Below are positions 54,787 to 63,900 of a stretch of 64,000 nt of DNA, piece after piece. The stretch's first letter is position 1; the number at the start of each line of letters is the position of its first letter. Made by a program: the position numbers and the translations under genes. The DNA comes from Chloroflexota bacterium (GTDB taxonomy: Bacteria > Chloroflexota > Anaerolineae > B4-G1 > SLSP01): assembly GCA_019873725.1 (NCBI GenBank), contig JAIOAS010000002.1, positions 1,012 through 65,011 on the forward strand, read 5' to 3'. The notes below the pieces were generated by a model. It was not told where the DNA came from, did not search any database, and worked only from the letters and a program-made list of their open reading frames with translations.

Positions 54787-55713
54787 ATGAACCCATTGTT
54801 GTCATCCGCGTTGGCTTACACCCGCGCGGGCTTATCCGTGATTCCCTGTGACCGGCGGCGCAAACAACCGCGCCTGCGCCGGTGGAAGCCGTACCAGGAC
54901 CGTCCACCCACGCCTTTCGAGGTGTGGCGCTGGTTCGGTCCCTGGACGCAGGCCGACGCCCTCGCCGTGATCACCGGTGGGGTCAGCGGCGATCTGGAAG
55001 TGCTCGACTTCGATGCGCCCGCGCTGTTCGCGCAATGGGCGACGGCGCTGATGCAGTACGACGCGACGCTGCTCGCGCGGCTGCCCGTGGGGCAGACGCA
55101 AAGCGGCGGCTACCACGTGTACTATCGTTGTGACGTGGCGATCAGCGGCAACCAGAAACTAGCCGTGGATCCAGCCAAGCCCGGCGGCAAGTTCACGCTC
55201 ATCGAAACGCGCGGCGCGGGCGGCTACGTGCTGGCCCCGCCGAGCGCGGGCTACACGCTGCTGCAGGGCGACCTGACCGCGATCCCGTTTCTGAGCTGCG
55301 AAGAACGTGCGGCGCTCTTGGACACCGCGCGGCAGTTCAGCCGTGTACCGCCGGTCTGCGTGCCACGCACGGCGATGACGCCCTGGCGCTATGCAACGCA
55401 GGCCCACCGGCCCGGCGACGACTACAACCGGCGCGGGGACGTGGTGGGCATCCTGGAACGCCACGGCTGGCGCTGTGTACGCCACGTCCACGAGGCATCG
55501 TACTGGCGACGACCGGGGAAGCGGTGCGGACATTCCGCCACCTACAACTACCGCGACTCGCGCTGTTTCTACGTCTTCACCAGCAATGCCCCGCCGTTCG
55601 ACCCCGCGCGGGCCTACAGCCCCTTCGCCGTGTTTGCGTTGTTGGAACACGGCGGCGACTACCACGCGGCGGCCACGGCCTTGCGGCAGTTAGGCTATGG
55701 CGGTAGCTCATAG
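54787..55713 (+). CDS. bifunctional primase-polymerase (Prim-Pol) N-terminal domain replication protein
   Basis: ALAYTRAGLSVIPCDRRRKQP...WKPYQDRPPTPFEVWRWF...LAVITGGVSGDLEVLDFD matches the Prim-Pol (PF09250) pattern with acidic catalytic motif. Confidence 0.65.
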   Translation: MNPLLSSALAYTRAGLSVIPCDRRRKQPRLRRWKPYQDRPPTPFEVWRWFGPWTQADALAVITGGVSGDLEVLDFDAPALFAQWATALMQYDATLLARLPVGQTQSGGYHVYYRCDVAISGNQKLAVDPAKPGGKFTLIETRGAGGYVLAPPSAGYTLLQGDLTAIPFLSCEERAALLDTARQFSRVPPVCVPRTAMTPWRYATQAHRPGDDYNRRGDVVGILERHGWRCVRHVHEASYWRRPGKRCGHSATYNYRDSRCFYVFTSNAPPFDPARAYSPFAVFALLEHGGDYHAAATALRQLGYGGSS

Positions 55714-55813
55714 CTATCAGCCGTCAGCGGTCAGCGTTAGCAGCGCAGCCAGCCCTTGACGTGAGGATGAGATGCACCTCCGGGCTGATGGCTGAAAGCT
55801 GAATGCTGACGGC
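55706..55813. repeat. AGCTATCAGCCGTCAGC / GCTGATGGCTGAAAGC inverted tandem-heptamer hairpin
   Basis: agctcatagctatcagccgtcagcggtcagcgttagc ... gctgatggctgaaagctgaatgctgacggc. Confidence 0.6.
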
Positions 55814-55836
55814 TTTTACTCACAAGGAGAACCACG

Positions 55837-56298
55837 ATGAACACCTTTGTCAGTCTTGTCTACGTTGAAACATTAGCCGACTTTGCTCGCGAAGTGTCCT
55901 GTGAGTGCCCGGTGCGGCTGTTGTTGTCGCACCAGACGCAAGGGCAGAGTCCCTTGTTCAGCCGCGTCTACACGTTGACGTTAGCTGGTTTCAACGCCTA
56001 CCACGAACTGGTCATTCTGGCCGACACCGTGCAGATTGACCTCGACCCGCAAGGACAACAGCCCTGGACGGCGGCAGGGGAGTCCATTGCCGAGCAGGTC
56101 GCCACCTGGCGCGCCCTGGTGCGCGAGCATCTGGAAGCGCGCGGGTATACCGTGTGGCCGGCAATGTACGCGCTCCCGAAGGATTACACCGCCTTGCGGG
56201 GCACGTTCGAGTGTGTGCGCTGGCGCAAGACCGGGGACACCTGGTCGGTCGAAGCCGCCACGCCGGAAGCGGAGGCAACCCAATGCCCTACCGCTTGA
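55837..56298 (+). CDS. hypothetical protein
   Basis: 153-aa ORF with RBS aaggagaaccacgATG. Confidence 0.35.
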   Translation: MNTFVSLVYVETLADFAREVSCECPVRLLLSHQTQGQSPLFSRVYTLTLAGFNAYHELVILADTVQIDLDPQGQQPWTAAGESIAEQVATWRALVREHLEARGYTVWPAMYALPKDYTALRGTFECVRWRKTGDTWSVEAATPEAEATQCPTA

Positions 56299-56771
56299 CC
56301 TATAATGACCGCCTGTACATCCAATGTGACGTCTGCGGGAAGGTGTATCCGCAGCTCTTTGCCGACGACTTTGCCACACCCTTGCCACCCGGCTGGGGCG
56401 GCGGGCCGTCACACGTGCGCTGTCTGTACTGTGAAGCCGACTGGCCGCAATGCGATGTGTATGGTTATGGCTGGAAATCGGGAACACCCGTGCCAATCAT
56501 CGATCACTGGACCGGCGCGCGGTCAGGGCCGGTGTTCCCCGGCGAACCACCGGAGCACTACCCGCTGGGCTACTTCCGTAGCTTTGGCGCGGCCCAAGTG
56601 CCGTACTTCTCGCGCAAAGCGAAGGTGCACCTGTTGGGCCACTGGATCAGCAGCGCCGAACGGGTGTTGCCGACCCTGAGCCGCCTCGACCAACCGGCGC
56701 AAGAACGCCGCATCGCCCGCTGGCGACAGGAGTTCGACGCGCTGCTGGCCGAGATCGCAGCGGACCGTTGA
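56283..56771 (+). CDS. hypothetical Cys-containing protein (possible zinc ribbon)
   Basis: CDVCGK...CLYC pairs. ATG at 56283 inside the longer ORF-track call 56154..56771. Confidence 0.3.
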   Translation: MPYRLTYNDRLYIQCDVCGKVYPQLFADDFATPLPPGWGGGPSHVRCLYCEADWPQCDVYGYGWKSGTPVPIIDHWTGARSGPVFPGEPPEHYPLGYFRSFGAAQVPYFSRKAKVHLLGHWISSAERVLPTLSRLDQPAQERRIARWRQEFDALLAEIAADR

Positions 56772-56885
56772 TTGTAACTTGAAAACATCACCCTTGCAGG
56801 AGTTGCTGCCGCTCCTGCAACGGGGGCACGTGGGCAGCAACTCCTGCACGCATCTTAAAACCAAGACTATGCAGGAGGAACAATA

Positions 56886-57575
56886 ATGAGCACTTTGCAT
56901 ACTTTGCCCTTACACGAACGCCCGGCGGCGCGCTTGAGTTACGTCGGCAGCGCTGGGGTCAGCCAGGTCGAACTCCTGGCGCTTCTCATCGGTGGCCCTG
57001 ACCAACTCGACATCGCGCAAGCCGTGGTGCAACGCTTTGGGGACACACTGCCCCAGGCTTTGACCGATGAACTCCTTGCCATCCCCGGCATCGGAGCGGC
57101 GACAGCGGCCCGGATACGGGCGGCTCTGGAACTGGGACGGCGGTTTGCCCACGGCCAAGACACCGACCGGCGACAGATCAGCAGTCCGAGCGACGCCGCC
57201 GACATCCTGATGGCCCTCATCGGCCATGCTGAACAGGAGTGCTTTGCCGTGCTGTATCTGGACATCCGCAACCGCGTGCAGGATCAGGAGATTCTGTATC
57301 GCGGCACGCTCAACACCACGCATATCCGTCCCGCCGAAATCTTTCGCGGTGCGGTGCGGCGCAATGCGGGCGCGGTGTTGGTCGGGCATAACCATCCTTC
57401 GGGCGACCCACGGCCTTCCCCGGAAGACCGCGACATCACCCGTACCCTGATCCAGAGCGGGAAATTGGTGGAGATAGACGTGGTGGATCACGTGATCATC
57501 GGACGTAACCGCTGGACGAGCTTGCGCCAGACTGGTGGTGAACTCTGGGAGGCGTTGCCGGGGGTGACCCGATGA
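56886..57575 (+). CDS. radC: RadC-like JAB/MPN domain protein
   Basis: HhH region (LAIPGIGAATAARI) plus JAMM motif VLVGHNHPSGDPRPSPEDRDITRTL. Confidence 0.8.
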   Translation: MSTLHTLPLHERPAARLSYVGSAGVSQVELLALLIGGPDQLDIAQAVVQRFGDTLPQALTDELLAIPGIGAATAARIRAALELGRRFAHGQDTDRRQISSPSDAADILMALIGHAEQECFAVLYLDIRNRVQDQEILYRGTLNTTHIRPAEIFRGAVRRNAGAVLVGHNHPSGDPRPSPEDRDITRTLIQSGKLVEIDVVDHVIIGRNRWTSLRQTGGELWEALPGVTR

Positions 57576-57907
57576 ACGGTGTCACACCGCTACCTGGCAA
57601 GTGGCGGGCGCGACACTCCACGGCGCTGGCCGATGAGACCCGCGCGGCAGTGGAAGCCTGTCTGAATAGCTTTGCCGCTACGAAGACGGCAACGCCGACC
57701 CCGCCGACCACTGTGTCGGCCCAATGGGAAGACCTGTTGGCCGGACGGCTGGCGCACTGCCACTTACCAGCCGGCGTCCTGGAACGCCTCATTGCCGAGG
57801 CCGTGGCCGACACGATGTCGGCAATGGCCGCGACGTTGGAACGCCAGTTGCGCTTCCGCATCCAACGCGAGCAACAGGCGCAATTGCAGACCTGTGACGA
57901 TTACTGA
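57572..57907 (+). CDS. hypothetical protein
   Basis: 111-aa ORF with overlapping start. Confidence 0.3.
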   Translation: MNGVTPLPGKWRARHSTALADETRAAVEACLNSFAATKTATPTPPTTVSAQWEDLLAGRLAHCHLPAGVLERLIAEAVADTMSAMAATLERQLRFRIQREQQAQLQTCDDY

Positions 57908-58207
57908 GTGGTACTGTTGATCGTGTTGTTACATTTCTCCGCGTATTGGCCTACTCCGTAAGTGCTGACATCGTTTGACGATTCCAGCACACTGCGACTC
58001 TATGTCGCGCATCCGCAAGGGAAGCGGACGAGGACGCACAGCGTCTTTCTCCGCTTCCCCGGCCTTTTCTTCGCAGGACCGCGCTGCGTGCGGCTCTGCT
58101 TTTCGCAGAATACGTTTTTCCCCGGCAGGGAGGCACATCGTTTCCCCGCCTGGGGAGCTATGTGTGCCACCTTGCCACCATTCTATCTTGAGCAAGGAGG
58201 CTCAACC

Positions 58208-59329
58208 ATGCAACTGACCTGTGTGAACGAAACCTTGAGTGCCGGCCTGAGCCGGGTGGGACGCGCCGCGTCTCCCCGTGCGACGGCAATGCCCATCTTG
58301 GGCCATGTTCTGTTGGATGCCACACCCGATACGCTGACCCTCGCGGCCAGCAACCTCGAATGGCACATCGTCCAACGCATTCCCGCCGTGGTCACTGAAC
58401 CCGGGCGCGTCACCGTCCCCGCGGCAGCCTTCGCCGAGTGGGTCAAGATGCTGCCCGCTGGTTTGACCTCGGAACTGACGCTGGACGTCACGTCCCTCAC
58501 GTTGTCAATGACCTGTGACCAGGCCAACGCGCGCTTTCGCGGCCTGGATGCAACGGAGTACCCGCTTCTGCCGGAACCCGATGCCGACAGCGTGGAAGTC
58601 GAGGCTACGGCCTTGCGCGCGGCGCTGACCCGCGTGGCGTTCGCCGCCTCGGAGGACGCCGCCCGTCCGGTGTTGATGGCCGTGCTGGCGCACTTCGCGG
58701 GACAGACCCTCACGCTGGCGGCTGCCGATGGCTACCGCCTGTCCGAGGCGCAAGTTCCGCTGGCCGCGCCGGTCACCGCGCCCTTCGATGTGCTGATTCC
58801 TGCGCCGGTCTTGGCCGAAGTCCAACGGTTGTTGGGCCGCGAAGGGACGGTGACGTTGTCCGTCACTGACCTGCGCGACCGCATCGCCTTGCACTTCGAC
58901 GCGACCACGGTGGTCTCCCAAGTCGTGGCCGGGACTTACCCCAACTACAAGGCGGTGATCCCGACCAGCACGGCCACGAGCGTCACGGTGGAACGCGCGG
59001 CAGTGCTCCACGCCTGCCAGCGGGCGCGCATCTTTGCCCGCGATGTCGGCGGCCTGGTGCGGTTGCACCTCGATGACGCTGGCCTGACGGTGACGGCGGA
59101 GTCCGCCACGGGCGGCGATAGCAGCACGGTCGTGCTGGTGGTGAGCCACCAGGGACTGGCGCTGGATATTGCCTTCCGTGTGGACTTCCTCATCGAAGCG
59201 TTAGCCGCGTTGGACACCTCGCTGGTAGGACTGCGCTTCAACAGCGCCCTGCAACCGGGTGTCATTGGGCTGGCTGATGTGGATGCCTTCGTCCACGTGG
59301 TGATGCCGATGGAGATCGGTAGACGGTAG
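58208..59329 (+). CDS. dnaN: DNA polymerase III beta subunit (sliding clamp)
   Basis: MQLTCVNETLSAGLSRV...AMPILGHVLLDA...LTLAASNLEWHI and YPNYKAVIP motif. RBS agcaaggaggctcaaccATG. The C-terminal codons overlap a repeat element. Confidence 0.8.
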   Translation: MQLTCVNETLSAGLSRVGRAASPRATAMPILGHVLLDATPDTLTLAASNLEWHIVQRIPAVVTEPGRVTVPAAAFAEWVKMLPAGLTSELTLDVTSLTLSMTCDQANARFRGLDATEYPLLPEPDADSVEVEATALRAALTRVAFAASEDAARPVLMAVLAHFAGQTLTLAAADGYRLSEAQVPLAAPVTAPFDVLIPAPVLAEVQRLLGREGTVTLSVTDLRDRIALHFDATTVVSQVVAGTYPNYKAVIPTSTATSVTVERAAVLHACQRARIFARDVGGLVRLHLDDAGLTVTAESATGGDSSTVVLVVSHQGLALDIAFRVDFLIEALAALDTSLVGLRFNSALQPGVIGLADVDAFVHVVMPMEIGRR

Positions 59330-59538
59330 ACGGTAGACAGGAGGGAGAGAATTCTCCCCGTCTACTGTTGGCTGACTATTGGCTACCCGGCCTGACAAGG
59401 CCACTCAACATCAATGTGAATCGTTGTGCAACATTAACCTGGAGACGGAAGACAACCGACTACCGACAGGGCAACACCCCCTCTTCCCCTTCTCCCTTTC
59501 CCCGCCCCGTCTACCGTCTACTGTCTACCGTCTACTCT
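59318..59538. repeat. GGTAGAC-family inverted tandem-repeat hairpin; paralog of 3781-3940
   Basis: ggtagacggtagacggtagacagg ... ccccgccccgtctaccgtctactgtctaccgtctactc. The right arm plus flanking C-rich tract is ~90% identical to 3893-3940. Confidence 0.7.
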
Positions 59539-59551
59539 CAAGGAGAAATCG

Positions 59552-60685
59552 ATGAACCCTGTACTGACCTTTCAAGATGATGTTACCTCGTTGTTGACCG
59601 AGTTGCGGCGCTATCTGGCGCAGTACCCGGAGATGCCGCTGCTGTGCAGCGTGACGTACCCCTTGCCTGGCTTGCCGTTGATCCCGGAACGCGCCGAGCG
59701 CGTCTACCGCAACTACCGCCAGTATCTCCAAACGCCGTGGGGCCTCGCCGTCTACACCGACATCCGCCACTACCAGTACCCGCAGCTTTCTTACGCGGGC
59801 CTCTACACGCTGGTCGAAGTGGCGAAAGACGTCGTGTGTCCGCAGCCGACGGCGCCAGAACCCGCTGTGGCCGTGGTCAACCCGATCAATGGACTGGCCG
59901 CGGTCTACGCGGGTGACACCCTGGCGACGGAGACAATGGACGGTACGCCGGCCTGGGAAGGGAAGCTGATCTTGCCCGACCACTGGAATGCGGTCGATGT
60001 GCTGTACCAGGTACGGCTGGCGTTGGCCCAGGCGGGTGCCGCGTGGTATCCCGGTGCGTTGTACGTCGAACGAGTGGCCTATCCCTGGCTCACGCCAGAG
60101 GGCTTGCCCACGCAGACGGCCTACATCGCCAACGGGGAAGTGCGCTTGCCCGTCATCGGCTACGCCATCGACCCGCATACCGAGGCGCTCGTGTACCTGA
60201 GCCTGGTGGGGCACAAGACCGCCGCGCGCAGCATCTGGGGATCGCTGAACACGATGCACCAGCGCAAGCTGACCCTGGAAGCGCACCGCACCCAGACTAC
60301 GGTGGTTTCGTCGCACAACTACGCCACCTACACCGCCAGCGTGGACGCCGACACGGGCCTGCTGCGGATGCAGATCGTGGAACGCCGCGCCTGCGCCGCC
60401 GATGTGGAGGACTGGGTCTACCTGGTCACCCCACCGGGCCTGGACGCAGCGGCGGTCAATGCGGCCTTCGCCGCGCGCCTCAGCGCCGTGTTGCCTATCG
60501 GCGTGCCGGCGCAATGGGGCGGCAAGTTGCGCGAGGCCGGCGACGATCTGGGCCTGGTGCGGCGGTGCTTGTGCGGTGGGGACGTGGGCGCAGCCTACGC
60601 GCTCACCGCTGATGAACAATGGCTGGACGTGATCGCAGGCTTGTTGCGCGACGATCCGGCCTTCGTGATTCCTGAGACGTTGTAA
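59552..60685 (+). CDS. hypothetical protein
   Basis: 377-aa ORF with RBS caaggagaaatcgATG. No recognised domain. Confidence 0.45.
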   Translation: MNPVLTFQDDVTSLLTELRRYLAQYPEMPLLCSVTYPLPGLPLIPERAERVYRNYRQYLQTPWGLAVYTDIRHYQYPQLSYAGLYTLVEVAKDVVCPQPTAPEPAVAVVNPINGLAAVYAGDTLATETMDGTPAWEGKLILPDHWNAVDVLYQVRLALAQAGAAWYPGALYVERVAYPWLTPEGLPTQTAYIANGEVRLPVIGYAIDPHTEALVYLSLVGHKTAARSIWGSLNTMHQRKLTLEAHRTQTTVVSSHNYATYTASVDADTGLLRMQIVERRACAADVEDWVYLVTPPGLDAAAVNAAFAARLSAVLPIGVPAQWGGKLREAGDDLGLVRRCLCGGDVGAAYALTADEQWLDVIAGLLRDDPAFVIPETL

Positions 60686-60712
60686 GCGTGATCTTACGCG
60701 GTTTGTTCCTTT

Positions 60713-60784
60713 GGACAGGATTAACAGGATAAAAAAGTTGGCAGCAAGCCTTTCCTAATCCTGAAAATCCTGTTAATCCTGTCA
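60713..60784. repeat. CAGGATT-family inverted tandem repeat (paralog of 10265-10346)
   Basis: gacaggattaacaggat ... aatcctgaaaatcctgttaatcctgtc. Confidence 0.7.
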
Positions 60785-60877
60785 GAAAATGACACACCAC
60801 GTCACGCCTGATCTTACACACCGGGGGATGCACCATGCATTCCCCCGGTGGGAATGTACGGTGTGTCCTCCGTTGGT

Positions 60878-60920
60878 CAATCATCAAATCTGCAAATCAC
60901 CCAATCATCAAATCACATCA
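60878..60920. repeat. AATCATCAAATCWS tandem repeat upstream of RBS
   Basis: caatcatcaaatctgcaaatcacccaatcatcaaatcacatca. Confidence 0.5.
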
Positions 60921-60935
60921 ATGGAGGTATACGAA

Positions 60936-63900
60936 ATGGCACGTCTAATCAATGCTGAAGTGTTGGGGTTCTTCGCGACCCCACCAAATGTCACCGCGCT
61001 CATCGCGGAATGGTTACAGGCCCCACAAGGCGAAAAACTGTGGCGGCTCCTCGATCCCTGCTGTGGCGAAGGCGTGGCTGCCGCGCAACTGGCGACTGCG
61101 CTCGGCGGCCCGGTACAAACCTGGGGCGTCGAACTGAGTCCCAAGCGTGCCGAACGCGCCGCAGCGGTGCTGGACAAGGTCCACAACACCGCCTGGCAAG
61201 CCACGCGGGTGAGTAAGGAATCCGTGTCGTTGCTATTGTTGAACCCCCCGTATGACAGCGACCTGGACGGCGACAGCAAGCGCCTGGAAATCGAATTCCT
61301 GCGCACGGCGCTGCCCACGTTGGTCCACGGCGGGGTCCTGGTCTACATCGTGCCCCAACACCTGTTGGGCTACCGCGACGTGGCGCGGCTGTTGTCCGGC
61401 CACTTTGAGAACATCGTCGTGCGCCGTTTTCCCGACGGCGAGTACGAACGCTTCAAGCAAGTCGTGGTGCTGGCACGGCGCAAGCCCTACAGCACGCCGA
61501 CCGAGGAAAGCCTGGATGTCTTGCGCGCCTTGCGCGACGCCGACCTGCCGCCGTTGGCCGCACCGCCCGAACGCTGGCGACGCGAGTTACCTGCTGCGCC
61601 GCTGAAGGCGAAGTGTGTGCGCATCGACCTCAGCGACCGCGAGCAGGTGGCTCTGGGCTACGCCCTGGACTGGCCGGATGCGCTGCGCCAGGCGTTGCAA
61701 CCGCAAAGCCAGACCCCTTTCTGCCCCCCGATCCCGCTCAAGAAAGGGCACGTGGCGATGCTGATGGCCTCCGGGCTGATGGGCACCTTGCTCATCCGCA
61801 AGGACGGGCAGCGGCTCTTGGTCAAGGGCCGCGTGCGCAAGGCGCAGGACGTGAGCACCGAGGAAACGGAGAAAGGCGACGTGATCACCATCCGCCGCGA
61901 CCGCTTCACCACCACGGTGGGCGTCGTGTCCGCTGACGGTGTGCAAGTGCTCGACGACGTAGCCGGGTTGACTGCCTTTATGGAAGACTACGGCGAGGAA
62001 ATCGCTGCCGAAATCCTGAAGCATCCCCCGCGCTACGACTTGAAGCCGACAACGGCAGAATGGCAACACCTGAGCACGCTGGGCAAGAACCGTGCGGCGC
62101 TGCCAGGCCAGGCCGAAGCCGGGTTGCTGCCAGTGCAGAAGCACGTGACGATTGCACTGACACGCACGTTGCAAGCGCGGAAAAACGCCCTGATCCAGGG
62201 CGAAATGGGTTGTGGGAAGACCACGATTGGCCTGGCGACCATCGATGCGCTCAACGCCTACCCCGCACTGGTCGTTGGTCCGCCGCACCTGGTGGAGAAG
62301 TGGCTGCGTGAGGCCGCCGAGGTCATCCCCGGTGTGCAGGTGCGCGAGTTGCGCAAGGTGGGGCGCAATGGCGACCCGCACGATATCAACGATGCACGCG
62401 AGTTTGTTGAAGACTGGCAAGCCGGGCGCTTGGGCGACAAGGCCATCGCCGTCATCTCCGAGACCAGCGCCAAGCTGGGATCAGGGTGGCGCGGGGCCAC
62501 CGCGACGCGCTACATGCTGCTGCGGCCTAAGCCACGCCGCGATGAACGCGAGGTCGATCCGGCGCAGGTGCAGCGGGAGCAGTTCCGCAAGGCCGTGCAA
62601 GCCTACAAGGAAGCACGAAGAGTGCTCCTGGAACTCAGCACCGGCGACGATGCCACCGCTGTGGCGCAGCAACGCGCTACGGTGGAGCGACTACGGAAAG
62701 CAGCATTGCAAGTCGCCACGACCATCCCGGTGTGTCCTGACTGTGGCAAAGTGCAACAGGAGCGCAATGGTTTGCTCTTGACGGCGAAGCTGTTCGACAA
62801 GCAGCCACGCCACTGCGACCGTCCCGGCATCGGCTGGGCGCGGGATGCGCAAGGCAGCAAGCTACGCGACGACGACGGCCAACCCACGTGGGTCTGGGAC
62901 GTCGAACACGAACACGCGCCGCGCTGTACCAATGCGTTGTTCCAGTTCGGGGATCAGTTCCGCCGTTGGCCCATCGCCGACTATGTACGTCGCAAGTGTC
63001 GCCACGTCTTCAAGCTGCTGATCGCCGACGAGGTGCATCAGTTCCGCAGCAAGGACAGCGACCGCGGCCAAGCCTTCCATCACTTGATCACGGCGACCAG
63101 ATACCATCTGGGAATGACAGGGACGGTCTACGGGGGGAAGTCCACCTCGGTCTTCTACCTCTTCTACCGCCTGTTCCCCCAGGTGCGTAACGCCTTCCCC
63201 TTCAATGGGGAGAAGCAGTGGGCGGCTAAGTACGGGGTGCTGGAAACGCGGCAGTATGGGGCCAAGGGCGCGACCGACGACGACAGCGCCGAGTTCGGGA
63301 GCTTCAATGCCACCCGGCGCGGGCACGTTACCGTCACCGAAAAGCCCGGCGTCTCCCCTGCGATCCTCTCGCAGATCGTGGATCACGCGATCTTCCTATC
63401 CTTGAAAGACCTCGGCGTGGGCCTCCCGGCCTACCGCGAGGAAGCCTTGCCCCTGGCGATGACCCCGGAGCAGGCCGCGCAGTACCAGCGAATGGAAGGG
63501 GCGCTGCGCCTGCAAGCGCGGCAGTACCCCAGTTGGCTATCCACGTGGCTGCAATGGTCGCTGTCGCGGCCTAACTCTGCCTTCCGCCCGGAAATCGTGG
63601 AGAAGCAGCGCCGGGACGACGAGGGCAATGTCATCGACGTGACCGCGTTTATGGAGTTGCCGGAGATTGTTGCCGGGGTGGATGCCACGACCAATTCTTC
63701 GGGTGAAGTGGTGTACGTGCCCAACGGCACTGCGCCACTGCCCAAGGAAGCCTGGTTGGTGGACTTCATCAAGGCCGAGAAAGCCGTGGGGCGCAAGACG
63801 CTGGTCTTCGTGCGCCAGACGGCCACGCGCGACATCCAGCCACGTATCCAGGCGGTGCTACGCCAGGCGCAGCTACGCGCGCAGGTGCTCTACGCTAACG

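Noticed and set aside
55706-55813. Promoter call on TTGACG inside the hairpin repeat at 55760
   Set aside because: No acceptable -10 hexamer at the correct spacing. Likely a chance match within the repeat spacer.
61587-63835. Minus-strand ORFs (277, 174 and 134 aa) at the window end
   Set aside because: All are antisense to the continuous MTase-helicase reading frame, which has clear motifs. High-GC shadow frames.
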